From Tolypothrix carrinoi HA7290-LM1 (GTDB lineage Bacteria; Cyanobacteriota; Cyanobacteriia; Cyanobacteriales; Nostocaceae), in contig JAHHIK010000023.1 of assembly GCA_019358935.1 (NCBI GenBank), positions 20,001 through 84,000 on the forward strand: 64,000 bases of DNA. The letters run 5' to 3'. The notes beneath the pieces were generated by a model. The model had not been told where the DNA came from. It saw only the letters and a list, made by a program, of their open reading frames with translations, and did no database searches. Position numbers and translations under genes: made by a program. Below are positions 19,206-29,998 of this stretch, piece by piece. The stretch's first letter is position 1, and the number at the start of each line of letters is the position of its first letter.

Positions 19206-21017
19206 TCACCCTAATCCCAGCTGTTGCTTTAAGGCGTCTGGCACGTTAACTGCTGTATCTAACCCGCGCACATTTTGCCAATGTTGATTTTCATTCCAAG
19301 TTAACTGTTCTAAATTAGCGTCGCTGAGGTCGGTATTGCCCAGAATGGCGTAGCTGAGGTTGCTATTACTGAGGTTGGCGCTGCTGAAAATAGCACCGCT
19401 GAGGTTGCTGCCACTGAGGTTGGCGCTGCTGAGGTTGGCGCCGCTGAAGTCTGTACCAAAGAGTACAGCTTCACTGAGGTCAGCACCACTTAGGTCAGCA
19501 TCGTTGAGAGTTACTCCACTCAAATCAGCTTGGTTGAGAGTCACTCCACTCAAATCGGTGTCGCTGAGGTCAGCACCTAAGAACATGACGCTGCTTAGGT
19601 TGGCATGATTTAGTTTGGCACCGTTGAGTTTGGCATAGCTGAGGTCAGCGGCAACAAGGATGGCGTCACTCAGGTTGGTGCTGAAAAGAATTGTGTCGCT
19701 GAGGTTGGTGCCGTTGAGTTTGGCGTCACTCAGATTAGCACCGCTGAGATCAGCGCGGCAAAGGTCGGCATGGTTGAGGTTGACGCCTTTCAGGTTGGCT
19801 TCGCTGAGGTTGGCACCAAAGAGGATGGTGTCACAAAGGTTAGCGCGGTTGAGGTCAGCATCCTTAAGGTTGCTGCTGCTAAGGTTGGCGCTACTGAGGT
19901 TAGCATTGCTGAGGTTGGTGCTGCTGAGGTCAGCGCTACTCAGGTCAGCGCGGTTGAGGTTTGCATTGCTGAGGTTGGCACCGCTGAGGTTTGCGCTGCT
20001 GAGGTCAACACCGCTGAGGTTCGCATTGCTGAGGTTGGCGCCGCTGAGGTTGGCATCGCCGAGGTTAGCACCTTTGAGGTTAGCATTGCTAAAGTTGACA
20101 CCAGTTAAGTTGGCATCACCGAGGTAAGTGTTTTTCAGGTTGGCTTGGCTGAAGTTAGCGCCAGTTAAGTTAGCATCGCCAAGGTAAGCACCGCTAAAGT
20201 TGCCACCTCGCAGAAATTCCCCGACTATATTACTAAAATTGCCAATTTCAATCGCATCGCTATAGCTAATAATTCGCAGTAGTTGAGATGTGAAAAAATT
20301 TTCTTGACCTGGTTGGGAAGATGGATAAAAGTTAATTTTTTGCTTTAAGTCGTCTTTTGTTTGAGCATAACGGTGTAATTCTAAAAGCAAAATCATCACG
20401 TTTAGTCCGGTCTGTATGTCTATCTGTCGCAGTCCGACGGTAATGTTTTGTGCTTGCAACTGCAACATTTTTTTCTGAGGCAAGTTATCATCAGGTGCAG
20501 CATCGATAAATTCTCCTTGACACCACCGGCGATAAAAATTTTCTAAACGCTGGAAAAGCAGCATAGGTCGAAATTCTTGACTGGTAGTCAGCAAGTTGAT
20601 TACTTGTTCGACTAATTCTTTAGTCAGCGTGGCGTTGCCTAAGATATTGTAAATCTGCTCGTGTAGTTGGCGATCGCTATTATTAAAGCTCAAACCACTA
20701 CCTGCTTTTGTCCATTCTTCTAACCTTTTTTGCAGCTGTTCCGGATATATAAATTCGTGCAAATTCTTTTGCGAAAACTCAATACTTTTATCTTGTTCTT
20801 TTATATTCTTTTCTAGAGGTAAAATTACTTCGGCTTCCACAGATGTTGTCATTGGCATCTGTTGTAACTCCGTCCCCTGAAGATAAGTTATCAAACGCTT
20901 CCAGACTTGAGACAAATGTGCCATTATTGTGTCCGTAGTTACTATACACCTACTGATGATTTGATGAAGATTACCTAAAGATTTTTTTATGTTTTCCGGA
21001 ATTAGTCTTTCTGGCAA
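19206..21017 (-). CDS. Pentapeptide-repeat protein with an unassigned N-terminal helical region; start uncertain
   Basis: About 60 A(N/D)LSG-type pentapeptides in the C-terminal half. Confidence 0.88.
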   Translation of the reverse strand: MPERLIPENIKKSLGNLHQIISRCIVTTDTIMAHLSQVWKRLITYLQGTELQQMPMTTSVEAEVILPLEKNIKEQDKSIEFSQKNLHEFIYPEQLQKRLEEWTKAGSGLSFNNSDRQLHEQIYNILGNATLTKELVEQVINLLTTSQEFRPMLLFQRLENFYRRWCQGEFIDAAPDDNLPQKKMLQLQAQNITVGLRQIDIQTGLNVMILLLELHRYAQTKDDLKQKINFYPSSQPGQENFFTSQLLRIISYSDAIEIGNFSNIVGEFLRGGNFSGAYLGDANLTGANFSQANLKNTYLGDANLTGVNFSNANLKGANLGDANLSGANLSNANLSGVDLSSANLSGANLSNANLNRADLSSADLSSTNLSNANLSSANLSSSNLKDADLNRANLCDTILFGANLSEANLKGVNLNHADLCRADLSGANLSDAKLNGTNLSDTILFSTNLSDAILVAADLSYAKLNGAKLNHANLSSVMFLGADLSDTDLSGVTLNQADLSGVTLNDADLSGADLSEAVLFGTDFSGANLSSANLSGSNLSGAIFSSANLSNSNLSYAILGNTDLSDANLEQLTWNENQHWQNVRGLDTAVNVPDALKQQLGLG

Positions 21018-21392
21018 ATAGTATTATTTAGTACCATGATTTTTGAGGGAGTTCTAACTTGCTTTTCCTTTGGTTAAAAGTAAAATGTCAGATTGAAAAG
21101 TTTTTCCATTGTCAGTAAACTTTATCGATTTGGTCAAATTGTTATACTTTTTTTCAGCATATTTCCAGATTCAATGTAAAAATAATACGTACTCTGTGCT
21201 ACAAAGGCAATTGTTAGCAAAAATACTACAGCAAAAAAGTATAACAAAGCTCAAAATGTCGGTTAAAACTAAACTAAAAGCTTTCTGCTTGATATTAAGC
21301 AGCTAAAACGTGTTTTTCATTGACATAAGTTAATGAAGCAACCTTGCTTCGCTAGAAAAAAATTAAAAATTAATTAGGGGTCATTTTCAGGA

Positions 21393-24383
21393 ATGGATCG
21401 AATGAACAGGTTAACGTTTTGTGTGATTTTGTTGCATGGTTTGTGTCTATCAATAGCAAGCGTTAGCGCTAAGTCACCGTCTGTTAATGCGGTCAGTGAC
21501 ACCTTTTTGCACAAGGGTACACCTTCCTCACAAAGGTATAAGAAGACAGAAGTGACGGGTGTAGAGGCTTTTTCCCTTGACACACCGCGCTACTCCCAGA
21601 AAGCGAATGCTAATTTACACAATAAATTTGGGCTACCGAGAGAACAAGTATGGGTAATCGACAGTAACAAACACGCTTTGCGTCAGCCTTTTATTTGGGT
21701 CGTTAAAGACAACAAAAAAGCTGCACAGCAACCATTTTTACAAGTGGGAAAAGTCCCCGACAAACCGGTTGAAAAGCCTAATACTACCACTAAACCAACC
21801 AAAAAGGATGAATTACAACAATTTGATGAGGTAATTAAAGACACCCAAAAACAACAGGGACTGTTTACCCTTTACCGTAATAAAGACAAGAATAAAATTT
21901 ATTTAGAAATTAAACCAGAGCAACTAAATAAAAATTATCTAGCCAATGCAACGCTAGAATCAGGAATTGGCGAACGCGGTATTTATAGCGGGATGCCTTT
22001 GCAAGATTTTTTATTTTACTTCCAACGGGTAAATAATAAGTTGCATTTTGTCGTCCGCAATGTTAATTTTCGTACTCGCGAAGGAGATCCACAAGCGCGA
22101 TCACTTGCGCGTTCTTTTAGTGACTCGGTTCTCTACACCATCCCCATCAAAAGCATCAACTCTCAAAGCAAAACGATTCTCATCGACTTAAGCGACTTGT
22201 TACTTACCGACATAGCGGGAGTATCCGCGAGTTTGGGAATTCCCGCTAATAAAGATGATTCCTATTTTGGTAATGCCAAAGCTTTCCCGGCAAACATGGA
22301 AATTGAATCTATTTTAAATTTCACCGGCGGCGGGAGTAAGGACAAACCTGTACCAAATTTTGCTACACTACCTGATGACCGTGGCTTTACCCTGCGGGTG
22401 CATTACAGTATTTCCCAACTACCAGAAAACAACTATCAACCGCGTTTGGCTGATGAACGTATTGGCTATTTTATCACCGCTTATCAAGATTTATCTGACG
22501 ACGATCGCGGCGATCCGTTTGTCCGCTACATCAATCGCTGGAAGTTGGAAAAACAAGATGCGAATGCGGCAATTTCCCCACCGAAAAAACCGATTGTTTT
22601 TTGGATTGATAACGCCGTTCCTCTAGAATACCGCGATGCAATCAAAGAAGGCGTTCTCATGTGGAATAAAGCTTTTGAAAAAGCTGGATTTCAAGATGCG
22701 ATTCAAGTACAGCAAATGCCGGATAACGCTGCTTGGGACCCGGCAGATATCCGCTACAATACTATCCGCTGGATTAACACGGTGGATGGATATTTTGCCC
22801 TAGGACCATCTCGCGTTAACCCGCTAACTGGGGAAATTTTAGACGCAGATATTTTAGTAGACGCTAGCTTTGTCCGTGCCCTGAAAAAAGATTATCGCGA
22901 TATTGTCCAACCGAGTCAAGGAGAAAATCGCACTTCTTTATCAGCGTTGATGCAAAATCGGCTGCTTTGCACCAATGGTTTAGAAGCTAACGATACTCCC
23001 AACCAAAAGCCGCAAGCCGAAAATAAATTGTTAAATCGTTTATCGAAAATGGCAGGTGAGTACGATTTGTGCTATGGCTTAGAAGCTGCAAATCAGTTTG
23101 CGATTGGGACAACGGCAATGTCACTGTTGCAAAACACACCACCGACTAGCGAACAAGTAAAAGACTATATCCATCAATATATACGCTTAATTATTGCTCA
23201 CGAAGTTGGACACACTCTCGGTTTACGTCATAACTTCCGTGGTAGTACTTTACTGCCTCCAGAAGAAATGAACAATACTAAAATCACTCGCAGCAAAGGT
23301 TTAACTACCTCGGTAATGGATTATATCCCCCCGAATATCGCACCGACCGGGGTGAAGCAGGGAGATTATTTTCCAAATATGGTGGGACCTTATGATGAAT
23401 GGGCAATTAAATACGGCTACACATCAATTCCAGCAACCACTCCCGCAGCGGAAAAACCAGCCTTGAGTGCGATCGCTCAACAATCTGACAAGCCTGAGTT
23501 AACTTATTCTACAGATGAGGATGTGTCTGACCTCGACCCAACCGCCGATGCTTGGGACAATAGTAGTAATGTGCTGCTTTATTCGCAGTGGCAGTTAGAA
23601 AATTCCCGTGTAATGTGGGATAGGCTAAATCAGCGGTATCCTTTAGCTGGCGATAGTTACAGTGATGTGACGGAACGCTTTAGTACGGTATTAAGTAACT
23701 ATTTTCAGAATATTTATTATACTACGAAATACATTGGCGGACAGTCTTTTTACCGAGTTAAAGGAGGCGATCGCCAAGGTAGATTACCGTTTGAACCAGT
23801 AACAGTAGAAAAGCAACGGCAAGCGTTAGCGACGTTACAACAGTATATGTTTGCAGAAAATGCGCTCACCTTCTCGCCGGAACTGCTGAATAAATTAGCA
23901 CCATCGCGGTGGCGACATTGGGGTAGTAAAACTCGTACCGGGCGTTTGGATTATCCGATACACGATTTGATATTAAACATGCAGAGTATGGTGTTGCGAG
24001 AATTGCTATCAAGCGATCGCATTTCTCGACTCAGCGACATTGAACTTAAAAGTCCTCCTGGGAAAGCTTTGACTTTGCCAGAACTATTTGATACTTTGCA
24101 AAATGGTATTTGGACGGAAGTTCTCAAACCAGACGGCAAACAAATGAAAATTAGTAGTTTGCGCCGAGGCTTGCAACAAGAATATCTTGATTTGTTGACA
24201 GCGATGGTATTGCGAAAACAACGAGTACCAGAAGATGCGCGGACAATGGCATGGTATAAGTTAAAACAATTGCAAGAAAAGCTTAATGGAGCAGATTCAA
24301 AAGACGAATATACGAAAGCGCACCTATTACAAACACGCGATCGGATCGAGAAAGTCTTAAACGCCCCATTACAAGGCAATTAA
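21393..24383 (+). CDS. Exported zinc metalloprotease (Met-zincin; DUF5117/DUF5118/DUF4953-type architecture)
   Basis: Signal peptide, PRLADERIGYF, HEVGHTLGLRHN, Met-turn SVMDY. Confidence 0.9.
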   Translation: MDRMNRLTFCVILLHGLCLSIASVSAKSPSVNAVSDTFLHKGTPSSQRYKKTEVTGVEAFSLDTPRYSQKANANLHNKFGLPREQVWVIDSNKHALRQPFIWVVKDNKKAAQQPFLQVGKVPDKPVEKPNTTTKPTKKDELQQFDEVIKDTQKQQGLFTLYRNKDKNKIYLEIKPEQLNKNYLANATLESGIGERGIYSGMPLQDFLFYFQRVNNKLHFVVRNVNFRTREGDPQARSLARSFSDSVLYTIPIKSINSQSKTILIDLSDLLLTDIAGVSASLGIPANKDDSYFGNAKAFPANMEIESILNFTGGGSKDKPVPNFATLPDDRGFTLRVHYSISQLPENNYQPRLADERIGYFITAYQDLSDDDRGDPFVRYINRWKLEKQDANAAISPPKKPIVFWIDNAVPLEYRDAIKEGVLMWNKAFEKAGFQDAIQVQQMPDNAAWDPADIRYNTIRWINTVDGYFALGPSRVNPLTGEILDADILVDASFVRALKKDYRDIVQPSQGENRTSLSALMQNRLLCTNGLEANDTPNQKPQAENKLLNRLSKMAGEYDLCYGLEAANQFAIGTTAMSLLQNTPPTSEQVKDYIHQYIRLIIAHEVGHTLGLRHNFRGSTLLPPEEMNNTKITRSKGLTTSVMDYIPPNIAPTGVKQGDYFPNMVGPYDEWAIKYGYTSIPATTPAAEKPALSAIAQQSDKPELTYSTDEDVSDLDPTADAWDNSSNVLLYSQWQLENSRVMWDRLNQRYPLAGDSYSDVTERFSTVLSNYFQNIYYTTKYIGGQSFYRVKGGDRQGRLPFEPVTVEKQRQALATLQQYMFAENALTFSPELLNKLAPSRWRHWGSKTRTGRLDYPIHDLILNMQSMVLRELLSSDRISRLSDIELKSPPGKALTLPELFDTLQNGIWTEVLKPDGKQMKISSLRRGLQQEYLDLLTAMVLRKQRVPEDARTMAWYKLKQLQEKLNGADSKDEYTKAHLLQTRDRIEKVLNAPLQGN

Positions 24384-24390
24384 CCCCGTC

Positions 24391-24429
24391 GGTTTTCTCG
24401 TTGCTGCGCTCTGCGCGGCAACGAGAAAA
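24391..24429. terminator. Hairpin between converging genes
   Basis: TTTTCTCGTTGC...GCAACGAGAAAA inverted repeat. Confidence 0.6.
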
Positions 24430-24443
24430 GAGCGCCCGTGAAA

Positions 24444-24992
24444 TCAGCAACCACCAGCCCATGTCACCCATTTGTGAGATAAGCCTACATGCATCATTGA
24501 ACCAGCAATTTCCTGTTCAGTGATGGTCGCTCCATTTATATTTGTGTTGTTAAATTCTGCTTCATTCAAATTGCTGCCAATCAAATTTGCCTTTTCAAGA
24601 TTGGCTCCACTTAAATCGGCTCCACTCAATTCTGCCTCGCTGAGGTTAGCTCCAATCAAGTTTGCCTGCACTAAATTTGCACTCCGCAAATCAGCGCGAC
24701 TTAAGTTAGTTCCCTCCAAGTTTACCTTAATCAGGTCTGCCCCGATAAAGTTTACCTCACTCAAATTAGCATCCTTTAAGTTGGCTCCATTTAGGTCTGC
24801 ATCAGTTAAGTTTGACCGACTCAAATCGGCTCCACTTAAATCGGCTCGACTGAGGTCAGCTCCACTCAAATCGGCTCCACCTAAATTTACACCTTTCAAA
24901 TCCGCATCAGAAAGGTTTGCTTGATGCAAATTTGCTCCATTGAAATTCCGTTCTCCTGCTGCATATTGATTCAGGAGTTTGTTAGTATCCAT
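24444..24992 (-). CDS. Pentapeptide-repeat protein
   Basis: MDTNKLLNQYAAGERNF N-terminus typical of cyanobacterial pentapeptide proteins; ADLSG repeats. Confidence 0.88.
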   Translation of the reverse strand: MDTNKLLNQYAAGERNFNGANLHQANLSDADLKGVNLGGADLSGADLSRADLSGADLSRSNLTDADLNGANLKDANLSEVNFIGADLIKVNLEGTNLSRADLRSANLVQANLIGANLSEAELSGADLSGANLEKANLIGSNLNEAEFNNTNINGATITEQEIAGSMMHVGLSHKWVTWAGGC

Positions 24993-25225
24993 GTTGTTTG
25001 CCTCGCCATGTCTACAGGTAATGTAAATAACCCTCAAACCACACGAAGACATTTAGAAATTTCGTAGTGAGCGATTTATCGCTCAATTTAAAGCGAGTAC
25101 AGCGCTTACTACGTAATTCTTATTTTGCTAGAATTTCTCTGTTGTTGATCGTTTGCTTCATGGAAATACATATCAACAGTAGAGACGTTCCGATGGAACA
25201 TCTCTACAAACATATCGCCATCAAA

Positions 25226-26194
25226 TCAAGCTTGATGTGGTGTACCATGTCTTAATAACTCAAGAAGCTTAAGCTCAATTTTCTCTCTCACTAACTGGTT
25301 GCCTTGTAAGTTAAGGTGAATGTGGTCTTGATAGATAGATTTTGGCTCTTTGATGGCGTTGAATGTCGGCAGATAATCTATATAAGTAATTTGCTGCGCT
25401 TCGGTAAAATCTTTGAGTCGCTGACGTGCGATAATTTCATAATCGCGTGAACCTGGTTTCCCAATTTCTCGCAGTAAGGGAGTCATCACTAACAGAAATT
25501 CACAGTTATTTTCACGAGTCAATGCTTGAATTTTGCTAATTGCTTCGAGATTAATCCCGACGCGATCGCCTTTCTCGTCTTGCACTGCTTTTAGTTCTGG
25601 AATTAACTTTTGTTTTCGTATTTGTCGTTCAAATACTTCCACCAACGCTAAAGCCGGTTTACTATCTGGATAGTTGCGATCGCGTCCTACTGGTAAAGAT
25701 GTCGGAGCCGTAGCAAACAAATCATCGGTATTAATTAGTAACACCACCGCCTGAGCGTTGAAAGTTCCAAACCGCTGCAAATACGCTAATTCATTTCTCG
25801 GTCCCCAAGAGTTAGCTGAAGCATTCAGCACTTCTACTTCCGGATATTTACCGTTAGTTACCGCCCTCAAAGAACGCATCATCAAGCTAGAAATTGTATT
25901 ATCTTGGTCTGTCCACCAGCCACCATTGGCGATAGAATCGCCTAATAGCAGCACCCGCAGCGTTGAGGGCGAACAAGTTTTTTCTATTGGCGCACTTCGC
26001 ATAGAATACTGATTAATTTCAATGCGATTACCAAAGCGACGAGTACGCTGATTTGGGGCTAACAAATAACCAATCTGCTCATCACCGATGTAAATTGGAG
26101 GATTGCCAAAACCAAAAAGCGATCGCAGTCCTACCTCTATCATCACAAACAATGCGGCTAATACCATCAAAATTATTACAAGCGCAACTTTCAC
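25226..26194 (-). CDS. SGNH/GDSL hydrolase family protein with N-terminal membrane anchor
   Basis: LLGDSIA, NSWG, INTDD, DHIHLN. Confidence 0.85.
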   Translation of the reverse strand: MKVALVIILMVLAALFVMIEVGLRSLFGFGNPPIYIGDEQIGYLLAPNQRTRRFGNRIEINQYSMRSAPIEKTCSPSTLRVLLLGDSIANGGWWTDQDNTISSLMMRSLRAVTNGKYPEVEVLNASANSWGPRNELAYLQRFGTFNAQAVVLLINTDDLFATAPTSLPVGRDRNYPDSKPALALVEVFERQIRKQKLIPELKAVQDEKGDRVGINLEAISKIQALTRENNCEFLLVMTPLLREIGKPGSRDYEIIARQRLKDFTEAQQITYIDYLPTFNAIKEPKSIYQDHIHLNLQGNQLVREKIELKLLELLRHGTPHQA

Positions 26195-26510
26195 CTTTCA
26201 ACGCCCTCAACGGTGACACAAAGTAATAAATTCTACCAAAAATTCTCAAAAACGAGTTGCGATATATACTTAACTACTTCAATCTTGCTTAGATTCCGCT
26301 TTAAGTGTATTTACGGTAAATATTTTTGATTGATATCAGTTACAAAATTGTCTAAGCCTTAATCTACGTCTAAAGACATAAGTAATATTATGGATGTAAA
26401 TTTTGCCCAGCTTTGCTGAAAATTAATTTAAGTTTAGTTGCACATGCAAATAGAAAGACTACAATCAAAGCGGGCAAATGAGCACGCTATCAAAGGAGAC
26501 GCACATTTTT

Positions 26511-26651
26511 ATGTCCGACTTAAACCGAGGAATCATGAAGTTTAAGGGCGCAGATTCTCCAAAAGCGGTAACTATCTCTACCGTGCTGCTTTTGGGGTCG
26601 ATCGCTGCTCTGATTATTTGGGCGCTGCAAGCTGCCTATGCGATAAACTAA
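26511..26651 (+). CDS. ndhQ: NDH-1L small subunit NdhQ (46 aa)
   Basis: MSDLNRGIMKFKGADSPKAVTISTVLLLGSIAALIIWALQAAYAIN; NRGIMKF-GADSP motif plus one TM helix matches NdhQ as recalled; AAGGAG RBS; below the ORF-track cutoff. Confidence 0.8.
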   Translation: MSDLNRGIMKFKGADSPKAVTISTVLLLGSIAALIIWALQAAYAIN

Positions 26652-27106
26652 GGATATTAGCAGCTGTTGAGGGACACTCGCAAGGAAAGTTTGCCAAATT
26701 TAAAATTCTGACGAATCTATCTTTGTCTTAAGTGTTTCTCACCAGCTACCTAAAACGCTCTGAAAATAATTTATAAAAATTTTATATTTTCGAGTTGAAA
26801 TTTCACATATAAGAAGTTAAATCTGGCTATCGTGAAAACAGGGTGTGAAATGTATTCTAGATGCGATCGACACAGAAACGCAGTTAAGCTTAAACGCAGG
26901 CGTCTACCTATATTATTTTTAAATTACTTATAGTACTTGACTTCGGTTTCAACCCCCAAGTATTTATATTTATTAATTTATGTAACTATTATCGGCAAAG
27001 GCATCCAAAATTTTAGATGCATCTGCCCTTGGTTTCTATATGAAAAAATCGCCTTTGTTGATGGCACAAAGAGCCAAGACTATAAATCTCAAACCCACAA
27101 TCCACA

Positions 27107-29998
27107 ATGCTTGAACTCTGGGGTGCCTTAATTATTTTAATTGTCTGCCCTCTCCTGGGGGCACTACCGCTAATTGACTGGATTACCCAAGCTTTAAATG
27201 GGCGGCAATTAGCACACGTAGGTACTGGTAATATTAGTGTTTCAGCCGCATTTTATCACGGTGGCAGACTAATAGGAATTCTGGCGGTATTGTCAGAAGC
27301 GTTGAAGGGAATTGCCGCTGTCTTACTTGCCCGTGCTTTCTTTGGAGAGGGATCGGCTTGGGAATTGATTGCCCTGATTGCCTTAGTAGTAGGACGATAC
27401 TGGGTAGCAAAAGGTGCTGGAACGACAAATGTTGCTTGGGGATTTGCCGTACACGATCCGCTGGTAGCTGGATTTGTGCTTTTTCTGGTAACTATTACCT
27501 TTAGTGTTGTTCGCAACAAAAAATTGGCAAAATACGGGGTTTTGGTGTTGTTTCCTTTGCTTGTCACACTTTTCCACGCTCAGGATTTACCGAGAATCAT
27601 CGCTGCTGTTGCTTTAGCGGTGTTACTTGGCTGGATTTATAAACGAATTCCGGATGACTTGAATTTACCAACCGAAAACGCTGAAAAAAATTCGCAAGCA
27701 GCTAATAAATTTTTTCGCGGTCAGACAAATATTGTTTCTTTAGATGACGATTTGGATGCTGCGTTATTCGGACAAAAAGCAGCTACTTTATCTCAAGTTA
27801 AGCGCTGGGGTTATCCAGTGCCGAAAGGGTGGGTACTGGCACCTGATGACGACGCAGAAGCATTAGTAGAAATTATGTATCCTTCAGAATTATCGCCTCT
27901 GGTGGTGCGTTCCTCGGCGATTGGGGAAGACTCAGAACAAGCTTCTGCTGCCGGACAGTATGAAACAATTTTAAATGTTACCAACAAACAGGAATTGCGA
28001 GAAGCGATCGCCCTGACTCAAGCTTCTTACAATCAACCAACTGCGATGCAATATCGACGCGATCGCGGTTCCCAAGAAGCAGCAATGGCTGTGCTAGTTC
28101 AACAACAAGTCCAAAGTGTATATTCTGGGGTAGCTTTCAGCCGCGATCCGATTACTCGACAAGGAGAAGCGATCGTCATTGAAGCCTTACCAGGAAGTCC
28201 GACGCAAATCGTTTCCGGACGAGTCACACCAGAACAATATCGCGCTTTTGTCGTCGAAACCGAAAATTTTAAGTTTGTGCAATTAGAAGGCACAGGACAA
28301 GTACCGCAAGCTTTAATTAAACAAGTTGCTTACTTATGCCGACATTTAGAAGAACGTTTTCACGGCATTCCTCAAGATATCGAGTGGAGTTATGACGGTC
28401 AAACACTTTGGATATTACAAGCACGACCTATCACCACTTTACTACCAATTTGGACTCGCAAAATCGCCGCCGAAGTAATTCCCGGATTGATTCGTCCCTT
28501 AACTTGGTCGATTAACCGTCCTTTAACTTGCGGCGTTTGGGGAGAACTTTTTACAATCGTTTTAGGCGATCGCGCTGATGGATTAGACTTTAAAGAAACC
28601 GCCACGCTTCATTATTCTAGAGCATATTTTAATGCATCCCTCTTAGGGCAGATTTTCTTAAGAATGGGTTTACCGCCGGAAAGTCTGGAATTCTTAACCA
28701 GAGGTTCCAAGATGAGTAAACCGCCTTTGGATTCTACCTTGAAGAATCTACCCGGATTGGCGAAGTTGCTCAGACGCGAATTAAATTTAGAAAAAGACTT
28801 TAAGCGCGATTATCACAGAAGATTTGTGCCTGGTTTGTCGCAGTTGACGCAAGAATTTATCGATGACTTCGATCCGCCGAGATTGTTAAAGAGAATTGAC
28901 TTTATCTTAGAATTGCTGCGAATTGCGACTTATTACAGCATTTTAGCTCCTTTAAGCGTAGCGCTGCGCCAAGGAATTTTTCGGGTAAAAGATGGCAAAA
29001 TTGATAACAGCGTCACACCAGAAGTAGCAGCAATGCGCCAGCTGAGTGCATTAGCCGCAGAAGCCAAACAGGTATTACCTTCAGTCGAACCACAGCAAGT
29101 ATTTGAGCAATTAGCACCAACCCCAGAAGGGCAGAAAATTTTACAACAATTCGACGACTTGCTTCAAGATTACGGCTATTTAAGTGAAGTTGGAACTGAT
29201 ATTGCCGTTCCCACCTGGAAGGAAGATCCCCAAGCGATAAAGCAGTTATTTGTGCAGTTGATGCAGGATTACCAACCGCTGATAGATAATTTAGAAGGAA
29301 TTTATCGTCCGCGAAAACAAAAGAAAAAGCGAGGATTTGTACAGCAGCGCGTGGATCTCAAAGGACGAGTTACTGAGGTATACTCGCGCTTGTTAGGTGA
29401 GTTGCGCTGGTGTTTTTTGGCTTTGGAGAAGATTTGGTTACAAGCCGGCTTGTTGAAGGAAAAAGGAGATATCTTTTTTCTAGAATTGAATGAAGTGCGG
29501 CAATTGATAGAAAATTGGGATGCTCGATTGATTAATCAGTTGCAAGACTCAGTGTTAGTTAGGCGATCGCAACTTACAGAAGACAGTCAATTAAATCAAA
29601 TACCTCTTTTAGTCTACGGCAATGCTCCCCCCGTCCCGCTAGCTCTTTCTAAGCTAACCTCCGATCAAATATTACAAGGTATTCCCGCCAGTCACGGACA
29701 AGCCGAGGGAAGAGTCAAGGTGTTGCGGAATTTACAAGATATACCAGAAATTGACCGAGATACGATATTGGTAGTGCCTTATACCGATTCCGGCTGGGCA
29801 CCGCTATTAGTTAGAGCCGGTGGCTTAATTGCCGAAGCTGGTGGAAGATTATCTCACGGGGCGATCGTCGCTCGTGAATATGGTATACCAGCGGTGATGG
29901 ATGTACGCGGTGCTACCTGGTTGCTGCAAGATGGTCAACGAGTCAGAATCGATGGCTATCGCGGTATTGTGGAATTATCTAATGATTTAAGACCGTAG
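27107..29998 (+). CDS. PlsY-like membrane domain fused to a PEP-synthase/rifampin-phosphotransferase-like dikinase (ATP-grasp, central domain, phospho-His swivel)
   Basis: N-terminal TM region with GTGNISVS and EALKG; VRSSAIGEDSEQASAAGQYET; PQDIEWSY...LQARPIT; GGRLSHGAIVAREYGIPAV. Confidence 0.85.
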   Translation: MLELWGALIILIVCPLLGALPLIDWITQALNGRQLAHVGTGNISVSAAFYHGGRLIGILAVLSEALKGIAAVLLARAFFGEGSAWELIALIALVVGRYWVAKGAGTTNVAWGFAVHDPLVAGFVLFLVTITFSVVRNKKLAKYGVLVLFPLLVTLFHAQDLPRIIAAVALAVLLGWIYKRIPDDLNLPTENAEKNSQAANKFFRGQTNIVSLDDDLDAALFGQKAATLSQVKRWGYPVPKGWVLAPDDDAEALVEIMYPSELSPLVVRSSAIGEDSEQASAAGQYETILNVTNKQELREAIALTQASYNQPTAMQYRRDRGSQEAAMAVLVQQQVQSVYSGVAFSRDPITRQGEAIVIEALPGSPTQIVSGRVTPEQYRAFVVETENFKFVQLEGTGQVPQALIKQVAYLCRHLEERFHGIPQDIEWSYDGQTLWILQARPITTLLPIWTRKIAAEVIPGLIRPLTWSINRPLTCGVWGELFTIVLGDRADGLDFKETATLHYSRAYFNASLLGQIFLRMGLPPESLEFLTRGSKMSKPPLDSTLKNLPGLAKLLRRELNLEKDFKRDYHRRFVPGLSQLTQEFIDDFDPPRLLKRIDFILELLRIATYYSILAPLSVALRQGIFRVKDGKIDNSVTPEVAAMRQLSALAAEAKQVLPSVEPQQVFEQLAPTPEGQKILQQFDDLLQDYGYLSEVGTDIAVPTWKEDPQAIKQLFVQLMQDYQPLIDNLEGIYRPRKQKKKRGFVQQRVDLKGRVTEVYSRLLGELRWCFLALEKIWLQAGLLKEKGDIFFLELNEVRQLIENWDARLINQLQDSVLVRRSQLTEDSQLNQIPLLVYGNAPPVPLALSKLTSDQILQGIPASHGQAEGRVKVLRNLQDIPEIDRDTILVVPYTDSGWAPLLVRAGGLIAEAGGRLSHGAIVAREYGIPAVMDVRGATWLLQDGQRVRIDGYRGIVELSNDLRP

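Noticed and set aside
19360..20127. Leu/Arg-rich plus-strand ORFs (also 24520-24924)
   Set aside because: Antisense shadows of pentapeptide-repeat genes.
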